A stretch of 60,710 nt of DNA from Fibrobacteria bacterium (GTDB lineage Bacteria > Fibrobacterota > Fibrobacteria > UBA11236), in assembly GCA_050486505.1 (NCBI GenBank), contig JBJHDK010000006.1, positions 1 to 60,710 on the forward strand, given 5' to 3'. The notes under the pieces were generated by a model that was not told where the DNA came from, did no database searches, and was given only the letters and a program-made list of their open reading frames with translations. A program made the position numbers and the translations under genes. Below are positions 31,995-41,872 of this stretch, in pieces. Within the stretch, counting starts at the first letter, position 1; each line of letters starts with the position of its first letter.

Positions 31995-33335
31995 CTAGCC
32001 GCCCTTCTCCCAGGGTGCGTCGAACCTGATCGGCCGCCCCCAGCCGCGGCCTTCGGGCAGAACCACGCCGTCGTCGTACACGAGCCTGCCGCGCACGAGG
32101 GTCTTTTTCACCGCGCCCTTCAGCGTCCAGCCGTCGTAGGGGCTCCAGTTCACGCGCGTCTGCAGGTTTCCGTTGCGGATCGTATGCTGCGCCTGCAAGT
32201 CGACCAGCACGAAGTCGGCATCGTATCCGGGCGCGAGCTTGCCCTTGCCCACCATGCCGTACAGGCGCGCGGGCGCCTCGCACATCCAGCGCATCACGTC
32301 TTGCAGCGAGCAATGACCGTTCAGTGCGCGGTCGAGCATCAACGGGAACACCGTCTCCACACCGGGCATGCCGGCGGGGGCATGGGGGTACCCTTTGTCC
32401 TTCTCCTCGCGCGTGTGCGGCGAGTGATCGGTGGCCGTGCAATCGATGACGCCGTCCTTCAGGGCCTTCCAGAGGGCCTTCCCGTGCCGGGCCTCGCGGA
32501 GCGGGGGGTTCATCTGCGCGTAAGTTCCCAGCTTCTCATAAACCTCCGGCGCCGTCAGCAGGAAATGCTGCGGGCAGACCTCGACGGAGATCAACCCCTC
32601 CACCTTCTCGCGGCGCAGGAAATCCGCTTCTTCTTCGGTCGTCAGGTGCAGCACGTGCAGGCGGCGGTTGTACTTCTTCGACAACTCCACGGCGAGAGTG
32701 GTCGCTTTCAGCGCCGCCTCGGGCGAGCGGATGAAAGGGTGATCCTGCAAGGTGGCCTTGTCGCCCATCCGTTCCTTATTGGCCTTGATCATCGCGTCAT
32801 CCTCGGCATGCACGGCGATGAGCTTGCGCCCGTTCCCGAAAATGCGCTCGAGATCGGGCCGCTCGCTCACGAGCAGCGTTCCCGTGGAGGATCCCATGAA
32901 CACCTTGATGCCGCAAGCCTCGGGGCATGAGTTGAGCTCTTCAAGGTTGTCGGGGGTCGCGCCGATGAAGAAGCCGAAGTCCACGTGGCACTTGCTCGAT
33001 GCCAGGGCGTACTTGTCGTGGATCATCTTCGCCGTGGTGCCCGGAGGATTGGTATTGGGCATTTCGAGAAAGCTGGTGACGCCACCGGCGGCAGCGGCGC
33101 GCGAGCCGGATTCCAGGTCTTCCTTGTGCGTGTTCCCGGGTTCGCGGAAGTGCACCTGCGGGTCGATGATTCCCGGCATCAGGTGCAGGCCGGCCGCGTC
33201 CAGGACCTTCGTCCCGGCGGGGACATCGAGCCTCTCCCCCACGGCACGGATGGTTTCATTCTCGACGAGAACGTCGGCGCGGGAAATCCCGGACGGGGTC
33301 ACGACCTGCGCGCCCCGGATCAGCAAAAATGACAT
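31995..33335 (-). CDS. pyrC: Dihydroorotase (amidohydrolase family)
   Basis: 'DPQVHFREPG', 'EMPNT', 'VHAED', 'MNPPLR', 'ATDHSPH'. Confidence 0.85.
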   Translation of the reverse strand: MSFLLIRGAQVVTPSGISRADVLVENETIRAVGERLDVPAGTKVLDAAGLHLMPGIIDPQVHFREPGNTHKEDLESGSRAAAAGGVTSFLEMPNTNPPGTTAKMIHDKYALASSKCHVDFGFFIGATPDNLEELNSCPEACGIKVFMGSSTGTLLVSERPDLERIFGNGRKLIAVHAEDDAMIKANKERMGDKATLQDHPFIRSPEAALKATTLAVELSKKYNRRLHVLHLTTEEEADFLRREKVEGLISVEVCPQHFLLTAPEVYEKLGTYAQMNPPLREARHGKALWKALKDGVIDCTATDHSPHTREEKDKGYPHAPAGMPGVETVFPLMLDRALNGHCSLQDVMRWMCEAPARLYGMVGKGKLAPGYDADFVLVDLQAQHTIRNGNLQTRVNWSPYDGWTLKGAVKKTLVRGRLVYDDGVVLPEGRGWGRPIRFDAPWEKGG

Positions 33336-33379
33336 GGAAGGATCCTTGAAGGAAGATGAAGTGTCGCGTGAAAATAAGA

Positions 33380-33406
33380 AACCCCGTCTCGGGAAGAAAC
33401 GGGGTT
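33380..33406 (-). terminator. Intrinsic terminator
   Basis: AACCCCGT...ACGGGGTT stem followed by a T-rich run on the minus strand, after the HTH gene. Confidence 0.6.
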
Positions 33407-33425
33407 CGCACGAGAGCGGATAAGC

Positions 33426-33740
33426 TTATTTCAGCAACTGTTTCAATGTCGCCTGGAGTTTCGTGATGTCGGAGCGGATGGCTTTCACCGCCGCCAGGGC
33501 AGTGCGGATGCGGCGCGCCTTGCGTCCGTCGATCGACACCTTGGTCTTCGATGCCCTGGGAACGCCGCCGGGGCCGTGCTGGATCCAGCGACGCAGGGCG
33601 ATATACGAAACCCCGTACTTGCGCGTGGCCGCGGAAATTCCGCCGCGCCCCTGCTTTTCGACAAATGCAAGGATTCGCTTTCGCTCCGCCTCGGAATAGC
33701 GTTTTCCCGTATTCCCTTTTTTGCGTGCGGTTTTCTTCAT
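33426..33740 (-). CDS. Small very basic HTH protein
   Basis: 'GKRYSEAERKRIL..GISAATRKYGVSYIALRRW' plus C-terminal coiled coil. Confidence 0.75.
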   Translation of the reverse strand: MKKTARKKGNTGKRYSEAERKRILAFVEKQGRGGISAATRKYGVSYIALRRWIQHGPGGVPRASKTKVSIDGRKARRIRTALAAVKAIRSDITKLQATLKQLLK

Positions 33741-33936
33741 CACGGGCTCCTTCCGGGTGGCGTGTTTCAAAGGTCGCGTCGATCCGACATCGACTAATTC
33801 ATTGCGAGGTGGAAAACTAGTCAATCATTAATGAAATTGTAATCCGGTCGTGATTGTCGCTTGAATATGGAGAATCCGGGCGAATTCGAGTCCCGGATTC
33901 GTAATGTTTCCAATACCCATCCCGAAGGAACGCCGC

Positions 33937-34464
33937 ATGCATGTTTCCGATCATCACGCTCGAGACGATCACGCCGCAAACCTCCCTGCGGATCAACATT
34001 TCGACCTTTCGAACCCTCCCGCGTTGGACACGACGCGCAGACCTGAAACGCTGAATAAAAAGACGGTGCGCGCATCATGCAGGAGGCTCGGAGACGTTGC
34101 GACGGGTCTCCTGCTGCTCTGGCACGACCACTGGGACGCAGCGCACGAAGTCGCGCAATCAAACGAAGGCGAGCGCGACCACGACCTTCTGCACTACCTC
34201 GTGCATCGTCGCGAAGGTGATTTCGGGAACGCTGCGTACTGGCTCCGCGAAGCGGGAGCCCATCCCTGCTTTGCCAGGATCCCGGCCCTTCTGGAACCCT
34301 TGATCCCGCAGGATCCCCCACTCTTTCGCAAACTCCTTCCGGACGGGCGTTGGGATCCTCGCGCCTTTCTGGATGCCGTGAAAAAAGGCGGGAACCCCGA
34401 CCTCCTGCGCACCGTGCAGGCGGTGGAGATGAGGGCGTTGTGGGAGATGGTCAATGCGAAATGA
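33937..34464 (+). CDS. Conserved hypothetical helical protein
   Basis: 'WDAAHEVAQ', 'HRREGDFGNAAYW', 'WDPRAF'; start uncertain. Confidence 0.75.
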   Translation: MHVSDHHARDDHAANLPADQHFDLSNPPALDTTRRPETLNKKTVRASCRRLGDVATGLLLLWHDHWDAAHEVAQSNEGERDHDLLHYLVHRREGDFGNAAYWLREAGAHPCFARIPALLEPLIPQDPPLFRKLLPDGRWDPRAFLDAVKKGGNPDLLRTVQAVEMRALWEMVNAK

Positions 34465-34562
34465 GAAATGAGAAATGAAAGGCGGTACCTACGGAGCATC
34501 TGGTGCGCGCGCGCCGCATTCCGTATTCCTGATTTCGCATTTCGCTTTTCTCTTTTCGCATT
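34453..34562. repeat. Inverted pair of heptamer arrays (AATGNGR / YCNCATT), no cargo
   Basis: 4 units at 34453-34480; 7 degenerate inverse units at 34514-34562. Confidence 0.85.
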
Positions 34563-35520
34563 CCTTTTCGTCCTCGCCTCCCCCTCCCACGCCTCTTCGC
34601 TGCGCATCGCCACCTTCAACGTCTATTGGCTCACGGCGAATGCGGAGGAGTCGCGCCTCGCGCCATGGACCTCGGAAGAGGAACTCGCCGTCCACCGGCG
34701 CAACATCGCGCGCATTCTCGCGGAGCATGTCCAGGCCGACCTCGTCACCCTTCAGGAGGTCACCTCGCGCGCAGCGCTGGAGAAGCTTCTCGAAGAGCCT
34801 GCGCTTCGCGACATGGGCTACCGCCTGTTTCACGTCGAATCGGCGGACACATTCACGGGTCAGGATGTGGCCTTTTTAGTGGGGCCCCGCATCCGGCTCG
34901 ACCCGCTGGAGGGGGACACGATCGCGCGCTTCGCCGATACGCTTCCCGGCCGGCCCGCCGGGGTGCCGCGCGACGATCCGCGACGCCAACGCCTGACAAA
35001 GCACGCGATGGTCTGCGTGCGGGAACCCGGACCCGGCATCTGCCTGCTGGGCGTGCACCTGCTCGCCGGACCGGATGATTCCGCCCGCATGGCGCGGCGC
35101 GAGACGCAGGCGCGCATCATTACGCACCTTGTTCGCACCGAAATCCTTCCGCGCGGGTACGCGCCGATCGTGCTGGGGGATTTCAACGCCCGCGATCCCG
35201 ATGTCCCCGGAACACGGGGGTACGGCCAGGAGCACCGGCAGGCCATGCGCATCATCAAGGATTACGATCCGGATCGTCCCGGAAACGAGATGTTCAACGG
35301 CGTCAAGCGCAAGGCCCCATCCCTGCCGCGCCATTCGGCGTATTGGGACAGAAATCGCAACGGGCGATGGGACGAGGGCGAACCCGTGTCCCTGATCGAC
35401 CACATCCTGCTGGATTCCACGCTTGCGGGCAGGGTTGTCCGGGTCGAGATCCTGCACGAGGCGCATGACGGCAGCGTGTCGGACCACTGGCCGGTGGTGG
35501 TGGAAATCAATGAGAAATGA
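34468..35520 (+). CDS. Secreted endonuclease/exonuclease/phosphatase family protein
   Basis: 'IATFNV', 'LQEV', 'LGDFN', 'IDHIL', 'SDHWPV'; signal peptide. Confidence 0.9.
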   Translation: MRNERRYLRSIWCARAAFRIPDFAFRFSLFAFLFVLASPSHASSLRIATFNVYWLTANAEESRLAPWTSEEELAVHRRNIARILAEHVQADLVTLQEVTSRAALEKLLEEPALRDMGYRLFHVESADTFTGQDVAFLVGPRIRLDPLEGDTIARFADTLPGRPAGVPRDDPRRQRLTKHAMVCVREPGPGICLLGVHLLAGPDDSARMARRETQARIITHLVRTEILPRGYAPIVLGDFNARDPDVPGTRGYGQEHRQAMRIIKDYDPDRPGNEMFNGVKRKAPSLPRHSAYWDRNRNGRWDEGEPVSLIDHILLDSTLAGRVVRVEILHEAHDGSVSDHWPVVVEINEK

Positions 35521-35576
35521 GAGCCGCAGGCATGAGGTCGCGCAGCGACCGAATCAATGCGGAATGAGAAATGGGA
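35509..35576 (+). repeat. Left heptamer array of four-helix-bundle cassette
   Basis: AATGAGA x2, a small hairpin, then AATGCGG AATGAGA AATGGGA. Confidence 0.85.
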
Positions 35577-35677
35577 AAACCGCTTCCTTGACTTTCACGT
35601 ATCGATCCGCAATGACATCAATTTAAGAGAGAATGATCTATTGATGGCGTGGCAGGAACTTTGCAACAGTCAGAGCC

Positions 35678-36070
35678 ATGCCTCCTCCTGCCCACGACAT
35701 CCAGATAAGAACCAAAGACTTTGCACTGCGAATCATCCGACTCGCGGCGTCGATTCCGGATACACCAATCGGACGTGTATTGGGACGACAGATCATCAGA
35801 TCTGGAACATCGGTCGGTGCTCACGTTCGCGAAGGGCGTCGCAGTCGAAGCGATCCCGAAATGCTCAGCAAAATTGAAGTCGCCTTGCAAGAACTGGAAG
35901 AAACCCGTTATTGGATGGAGCTACTGAGTGAAGCCGGCATGCTTGCCTCGACCCGGCTCGCCGATCTCCAGAACGAAGCTTCGCAATTAACAGCCATTCT
36001 CGTCACAAGCGCAAAGACGTTGAAATCCCGCCGAGCTGACAAGTTCGCTTCGTCCAGACGTCAGGACTGA
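35678..36070 (+). CDS. Four-helix-bundle protein (23S rRNA IVP / bAvd-like family)
   Basis: 'RTKDFALRII', 'QIIRSGTSVGAHVREG', 'ELEETRYWMELL', 'EASQLTAIL'. Confidence 0.92.
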   Translation: MPPPAHDIQIRTKDFALRIIRLAASIPDTPIGRVLGRQIIRSGTSVGAHVREGRRSRSDPEMLSKIEVALQELEETRYWMELLSEAGMLASTRLADLQNEASQLTAILVTSAKTLKSRRADKFASSRRQD

Positions 36071-36079
36071 AACCACCCC

Positions 36080-36121
36080 ATCCATTTCTCATTCCGCATT
36101 TCTCATTCCGCATTTCCCATT
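36080..36121 (-). repeat. Right (inverted) heptamer array of four-helix-bundle cassette
   Basis: ATCCATT TCTCATT CCGCATT TCTCATT CCGCATT TCCCATT. Confidence 0.9.
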
Positions 36122-36123
36122 TC

Positions 36124-37257
36124 CTACAACGACACACTCCAATACCACCCCTCCTGCCCGTCGCGGGCCCCCTCGTCGTCGTGAATCCGGCGGTTGCCGA
36201 TCACGACCCGCGGGTTGGGCCTCCAGTCGAACCCCAAGACCTTGAGCGGCGGCAGGGGGTACCCCCCGTCAAACACTTCGGAAGGGCTTCTGAAGTCCCC
36301 GCTGCGCGCCCGCCCGATGATGCGATGCACCTGCAGCAGGCTCAGTTCGAAGGATTGCGCCGTGTGCACCTCGGAACGCTCCCCGTCGCGATCTTCGAGT
36401 TGCCCGCGGCTGAAGCGGTATCCGAGGGTCCAGATGCTGTAGCCGTAGGTTTCCACCGAACGTGCATCCCCGGCGCGCCGGTGCACGGGCATTTCCCAAT
36501 CCGCGCCCCAGGCGATGTCCACGACATCGGCAAGCCGCAGGTTCAGGCCCAACGAAGTCCGCCGGAGGGAAGGCAGCGGATCGGAATTCTCCGGGACATC
36601 GTACACGACGTCCGGGCCGAGATTGACGAACGCAAGCCCCGCCGAAGGCGCGACGTCGAGCGAATGGAATCCGTCGAAGGCGAAGGGGCGGAAGCGCTGC
36701 AAGGCGAGCACGCCCACATCGAACGCCCATCCCTGCGCGCGTCCTGACGACCCCGTCCACAGGCGGCTGTCATAGAACTTGGCCGCCCCGCCGACACTGA
36801 CGGGGCTCCCCAATCGCACTGCGGCACCCAAGGCATGCACAGTCTCGTGGGGGCTAAAAGATGTGGGAAGAACCCCGGGGGGCGGGATTCCAGGCCCGAA
36901 ATCAAGGTGAGTCCGGGTGTAGGCAAACCCCGCATCGAACCCGCGGCGATTGTCGGGAATGACCAAGGCGGCACCGGCGAAATCGAACTGCCCGTTGCCC
37001 ACGTTCAGGTCCTCACGCGAACGGGAGAACTGCAAACGCGTCCCGGTCGCGGCGCCGATCTCGGACAACAGCGCCGGGTTGTAATACAGGCTCGCGGGGC
37101 CGGAAGGAATCGCGCCCCCGGTCTGCAACGCACCATAGCCGGACTCGCCAGGCGGCGGCATTTCAAGTGCAATGACGGCCGCACCGCCCTGGGCGAAGGC
37201 AGCCTGCGACAGCGGAGACAGCAACAGGACGGACAGCAGGGCGGAATAAAAACGCAT
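36124..37257 (-). CDS. PorV/FadL-like outer membrane beta-barrel
   Basis: Signal peptide, 'SLYYNPALL', 'GWAFDVG', 'NLGPD..Y...SDPLP'. Confidence 0.65.
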   Translation of the reverse strand: MRFYSALLSVLLLSPLSQAAFAQGGAAVIALEMPPPGESGYGALQTGGAIPSGPASLYYNPALLSEIGAATGTRLQFSRSREDLNVGNGQFDFAGAALVIPDNRRGFDAGFAYTRTHLDFGPGIPPPGVLPTSFSPHETVHALGAAVRLGSPVSVGGAAKFYDSRLWTGSSGRAQGWAFDVGVLALQRFRPFAFDGFHSLDVAPSAGLAFVNLGPDVVYDVPENSDPLPSLRRTSLGLNLRLADVVDIAWGADWEMPVHRRAGDARSVETYGYSIWTLGYRFSRGQLEDRDGERSEVHTAQSFELSLLQVHRIIGRARSGDFRSPSEVFDGGYPLPPLKVLGFDWRPNPRVVIGNRRIHDDEGARDGQEGWYWSVSL

Positions 37258-37369
37258 GGGGGGAAGATAGGTCAAGGATGGATCGAGCGAGGGGAGAATG
37301 AAGGGAATACACGACCCGAATCTTCAAATAGGCGAAGCACCAACAGAAATACGGGAGTAGTTTAGCGAG

Positions 37370-37951
37370 ATGAAAAAAGCAGATGTTTTGCGATTGGCCC
37401 TCGTCACCACCTTGTTTTCAGGATGCTTGACCGGCGGAGAGAAAAATGACGGATCGGCCCGATGGACGATCACCATGAAAGTCCAAGACGAAATGATCCT
37501 GTGGTCAGATCTGATTTCCTCCAACTTCCTTTTGTTTCAAAATATCGGGAACGCCTCGGGTGAGCCACTGACTCAGCTTCCTCGACTTTCTTTGTCTGCA
37601 ATCCTTCCCAACTTTCCTTTCGGCACTGATTCCGTAACGGTCTTCTATCAGCGCACAAAAGGGAAAGACTCCGACGAAAAGCCTCTCCTCGTCGAAGAGC
37701 TCTATGAACGGCACGAAGATTTTCCTTGCACTATTCTGGGAATTTCTGGAAACACCATGATAGAAGACGACATGACAATACCGATCATTCAGTCGGGTTA
37801 CGTGGCCTTCAAAAATATCGAGGGCTATATGGGACTTGCGATTCCCATCAAAGGGGAATCCTCTTCGGAAAATCTTAACGGATGGACGTTTGACGGCTCA
37901 ATACGCGTCGAATGTCCGCCGCCTGGGCCCGACGCCGTCTCCAGCTGGTAA
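37370..37951 (+). CDS. Hypothetical lipoprotein (AT-richer)
   Basis: Lipobox 'FSGC'. Confidence 0.7.
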   Translation: MKKADVLRLALVTTLFSGCLTGGEKNDGSARWTITMKVQDEMILWSDLISSNFLLFQNIGNASGEPLTQLPRLSLSAILPNFPFGTDSVTVFYQRTKGKDSDEKPLLVEELYERHEDFPCTILGISGNTMIEDDMTIPIIQSGYVAFKNIEGYMGLAIPIKGESSSENLNGWTFDGSIRVECPPPGPDAVSSW

Positions 37952-37978
37952 GCCGCGCAAGGTCGGGGATTCTCTTCC

Positions 37979-40900
37979 TCACTTTCTCCGCCCCTCTTCC
38001 GCCAGCATCTTCGTCAGCCATTCCCCGGTATGCGAGCCCGGAGTCGCGGCGACCTCCTCCACCGTGCCCTGCGCGACCACGCGACCGCCCGCGTCGCCGC
38101 CCTCGGGCCCCATGTCGAGGACGAAGTCGGCATTGCGGACGATGTCGAGGTTGTGCTCGATCACCAGCACGGTGTTGCCCTGCGCGACAAGGGAATGCAG
38201 CACGACGAGCAGCTTGCGCACGTCCTCGAAGTGCAAGCCCGTCGAAGGTTCGTCAAGGATGTAGAAACTGCGGCCCGTGGCACGGCGGGAAAGCTCGGCG
38301 GAGAGTTTCATCCGCTGTGCCTCACCGCCTGAAAGCGTGGTCGCCGATTGGCCGAGCTTCACGTAGCCCAAGCCCACGTCGAGCAAGGTGCGCAGCTTGT
38401 TCGCGATGGGTGGAATGCTCGCGAAGAACGCGTGCCCTTCCTCCACCGTCATGTCGAGCACGTCGGCGATCGATTTTCCCTTGTAGAGGACTTGCAGCGT
38501 GTCGCGGTTGTAGCGCTTCCCCTTGCACACCTCGCAAGGCACATACACGTCGGGGAGAAACTGCATCTCGATCTTGATCAGACCGTCGCCGCCGCAGTGT
38601 TCACAACGGCCGCCCTTCACATTGAAGCTGAAGCGTCCCGGCTTGTAGCCGCGCACCTTCGACTCCGGCGTCATTGCGAACAGGTTGCGGATCTCCGTGA
38701 ACAGGCCGGTGTAGGTCGCGGGATTGGAGCGCGGCGTGCGGCCGATGGGACTCTGGTCGATGACGATCGCCTTGTCGAGATGATCAAGCCCCTCGATCGC
38801 CTTGTACTCCCCCGGCTTCTGCCGCGCGCCGTGCAGCTTCTGCGCCAGCACGCGCGCCAGCACGTCGTTGATCAGCGAGGACTTTCCCGACCCGGAGACG
38901 CCCGTCACCGCGATGAATTTTCCCAGCGGGAAAGCGGCATCCACGCCCTTGAGGTTGTTGTGGGCGACTCCCGAGATCTTCAGCGTCCTCGGGGTATTCT
39001 CCGCCTTCGGTTCCTTGCGAACCAGCTCCTTCGCCCCGGACCGGATCGATTCCCGGTCGATGCGCCGGCGCCCGCTGAGAAAGTCGCCCGTATCGGTGTT
39101 CGCGGAGGCGATCAAGTCCTCCGGAGTCCCGGTGAAGACAATGCGACCGCCATGCTCCCCCGCCCCGGGCCCGATGTCGATCACCCAGTCGGCAAGCCGG
39201 ATGGTGTCGGCGTCGTGCTCGACCACCAGCACCGTGTTTCCCAGGTCGCGCAAATGCTGCAATGTCTGCAGCAGGCGGTCGTTGTCGCGCTGGTGGAGCC
39301 CGATGGACGGTTCGTCGAGCACGTAGAGCACACCCGTCAGCCCGGTGCCAATCTGCGACGCCAGCCGGATGCGCTGCGCCTCGCCGCCCGAAAGCGTGCG
39401 CGCCGTGCGGCCGAGGTTAAGGTAGTTGAGCCCCACGCTCACGAGGAAGGTCAGGCGACCGAGGATCTCCTTGAAGACCTGCTTCGCGATGGCGCGCTCC
39501 TGTACGGAAAGATCGTCCTCATCCGCCTTGATCTTCGGAAACTTGTAGAACTGATAAAGGCACGACTCCACGGAATCATTCCATGGCTTGTCTTCCTGCA
39601 GCGCACGCATCCACTCGAAGGCCTTGCCGATGGAGAGATTGCACACGTCGATGATGTTGACGCCGCGGATGGTGACGGCGAGCGACTCCGGCTTGAGGCG
39701 CAGGCCCTGGCAGGTCGCACAGGGCTTGTCGTCCATGTACGCCTCAAGGTCGCGGCGCACGTGATCGCTCTCGGTCTGCTCGTAGCGCCGCTTGATCGAG
39801 GGAATCACCCCGTCGTAGCGCGCGTGCCAGGTGTTGGTGTGCCCCGAGGACGCGCCCCACTTCACCTTGTAGCGTTCGTCGCCGGTCCCATGGAGAATCG
39901 TATCGAGGTGCTTCTTCGACAATTTCTTCAGCGGCACCGACAGGGAGAACCCCATCTTTTTCGAAATCTGCTGGAGCAACTGCGTGTTCCAGCCATCGGC
40001 GTTGTCGGCCGTGCCCGCCCACGGCAGGATGCCACCGTCGTTGACGGACAATTCCATGTCAAGCACCGCGCGCGGGTCGACTTCCTTGATGAAGCCGAGG
40101 CCGTTGCAGGCTGGACAGGCGCCGTGGGGCGAGTTGAACGAAAACGTATGCGGCTCGATTTCGGGAAAGGATTGTCCCGTGGCGGGATCGACGAGTTTCT
40201 CGGAGAAAAACACGTCCTCCTTCTGGTCCACGAGACCGACCAGCAGTTCACCCTCGCCGTGCTTGAGCGAAAGTTCCACCGAATCGGTAAGACGCTTCTT
40301 GAATGTCTCGTCCTCCAACGCGCCGGGCTTGATCGCAAGGCGATCCACGACCAACTCGATGTTGTGTTTCACGTAGCGATCGAGCTTGATCTTTTCCTCG
40401 AGCTGGTACACTTGCCCGTCCACGCGCGCGCGCACGAACCCCTGTTGCAAATACCGCTGGAACAATTCCTCATAGGTTCCCTTGCGGTCTTTCACCAAGG
40501 GCGCGAGCAAAAGAATTTTCATGTCGCTGGATGTCTTTCGCGCGGAAGGCAACGCGGCGATCGCGTCCACGATTTCCTGCACGGTCTGGCTCTTCAGCCG
40601 CTTGCCCGACACCGGACTACGCGCATGCCCCACGCGCGCGAACATCAGGCGCAGGTAGTCGTAGATCTCGGTGATCGTGCCCACGGTCGAGCGCGGGTTG
40701 TGCCCGGCGCTTTTCTGGTCGATGGAGATCGCGGGCGAAAGCCCTTCGATGAGGTCGACGTCGGGCTTTTCCATCATGCCCAAAAACTGGCGGGCGTACG
40801 ACGAGAGCGATTCGACGTAGCGGCGCTGGCCTTCGGCGTAGATGGTGTCGAACGCGAGCGACGATTTGCCCGAGCCGGAGAGCCCGGTGATGACGACGAG

Positions 40901-41086
40901 CTTGTTCTTGGGAATGTCGACGTCGATGTTCTTGAGGTTGTGGGCCCGCGCGCCGCGCACGCGGATCACGTGGTCGCCCGGTGCGGCTTCAAGAGACGCG
41001 GGGACGGGGGCGAGTTTTGCGGCGGGTTGCGCGGCCATCTTTTTTTTGGCGGACTTCGCGACGGATTTGGGGGCAGGCTTGGTCAT
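37979..41086 (-). CDS. uvrA: Excinuclease ABC subunit A
   Basis: Two Walker A motifs ([18 protein letters not shown]), two 'LSGGEAQR', 'FSFN', '[12 protein letters not shown]'. Confidence 0.98.
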   Translation of the reverse strand: MTKPAPKSVAKSAKKKMAAQPAAKLAPVPASLEAAPGDHVIRVRGARAHNLKNIDVDIPKNKLVVITGLSGSGKSSLAFDTIYAEGQRRYVESLSSYARQFLGMMEKPDVDLIEGLSPAISIDQKSAGHNPRSTVGTITEIYDYLRLMFARVGHARSPVSGKRLKSQTVQEIVDAIAALPSARKTSSDMKILLLAPLVKDRKGTYEELFQRYLQQGFVRARVDGQVYQLEEKIKLDRYVKHNIELVVDRLAIKPGALEDETFKKRLTDSVELSLKHGEGELLVGLVDQKEDVFFSEKLVDPATGQSFPEIEPHTFSFNSPHGACPACNGLGFIKEVDPRAVLDMELSVNDGGILPWAGTADNADGWNTQLLQQISKKMGFSLSVPLKKLSKKHLDTILHGTGDERYKVKWGASSGHTNTWHARYDGVIPSIKRRYEQTESDHVRRDLEAYMDDKPCATCQGLRLKPESLAVTIRGVNIIDVCNLSIGKAFEWMRALQEDKPWNDSVESCLYQFYKFPKIKADEDDLSVQERAIAKQVFKEILGRLTFLVSVGLNYLNLGRTARTLSGGEAQRIRLASQIGTGLTGVLYVLDEPSIGLHQRDNDRLLQTLQHLRDLGNTVLVVEHDADTIRLADWVIDIGPGAGEHGGRIVFTGTPEDLIASANTDTGDFLSGRRRIDRESIRSGAKELVRKEPKAENTPRTLKISGVAHNNLKGVDAAFPLGKFIAVTGVSGSGKSSLINDVLARVLAQKLHGARQKPGEYKAIEGLDHLDKAIVIDQSPIGRTPRSNPATYTGLFTEIRNLFAMTPESKVRGYKPGRFSFNVKGGRCEHCGGDGLIKIEMQFLPDVYVPCEVCKGKRYNRDTLQVLYKGKSIADVLDMTVEEGHAFFASIPPIANKLRTLLDVGLGYVKLGQSATTLSGGEAQRMKLSAELSRRATGRSFYILDEPSTGLHFEDVRKLLVVLHSLVAQGNTVLVIEHNLDIVRNADFVLDMGPEGGDAGGRVVAQGTVEEVAATPGSHTGEWLTKMLAEEGRRK

Positions 41087-41335
41087 GCGGGGCCGTGGTT
41101 GGGTGGATTCGCCGAAAGTTAATGATTTGGTGAAAGTTTGTGCAGTATCTTATAGGGAGGCTATTACACAGGCGAAGGCCCAGGTTAAATCAAGGAATTG
41201 TCGCAGAACATCGGCTTGGCCCGGTCGGTTTTTGGGGAGCCATGGACGGCTTGGGGGCAATCTCCCTCAATGCAGGAAATTTATTGATTTGGATAGATTC
41301 TATTTTCTAGATTTTAGAATATCGGGGGATTTCCA

Positions 41336-41872
41336 ATGAAAAGCCAAGATGTTGTGATGATGTCGCTCCTGCGACTTCGTCCTCAAGAAAAGTGGACGCT
41401 TGAAGAACTCTCCTCTCGTTTGGGACAGTCTGCATCGCAATGCCACGCCGCACGAAACCGGTTGCGTGAGGCCCGGCTGCTAAGCGCTGATCCCGCGAAG
41501 CCGTGGCATGTACCGGCCGAAAACTTTGTCGAATACATGGTTCATGGAGTGAAGTACGATTTCCCACCAAAGTTCGGAGCTCTCGTTCGTGGTATTCCTA
41601 CCGCGCATAGCAGCTCATTCGTGAACGAGCAATTCCGAAATGTCGGCGAAGATGCCTTGAAGGTGGTCTGGCCTTCTGCAAATGGCACTGCCATTGGACG
41701 CGCGTTGGATCCACTGCATTCAAGTCAACTTCATCTCTGCGCTCAACCCGGGTTTGAAGACGTGTACAAGCTTCTTGTATGTGTGGATTTGTTGAGAATG
41801 GGGCAGTCGCGCGAGCGCATGTGGGCAGCGAAACAAATTGAAGAGGCCGCCTATGCAGCACGCTCCGACTAA
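41336..41872 (+). CDS. wHTH protein, probable type IV TA antitoxin
   Basis: N-terminal HTH; '[29 protein letters not shown]'; overlaps the NTase gene. Confidence 0.65.
   Translation: MKSQDVVMMSLLRLRPQEKWTLEELSSRLGQSASQCHAARNRLREARLLSADPAKPWHVPAENFVEYMVHGVKYDFPPKFGALVRGIPTAHSSSFVNEQFRNVGEDALKVVWPSANGTAIGRALDPLHSSQLHLCAQPGFEDVYKLLVCVDLLRMGQSRERMWAAKQIEEAAYAARSD

Noticed and set aside
33426-33740. IS3-family transposase orfA
   Set aside because: No orfB/DDE domain, frameshift site or terminal inverted repeats.
35678-36070. Diversity-generating retroelement (Avd-like gene)
   Set aside because: No reverse transcriptase and no TR/VR pair. Mismatches in the 19.7/20.4 kb repeat are not adenine-specific.
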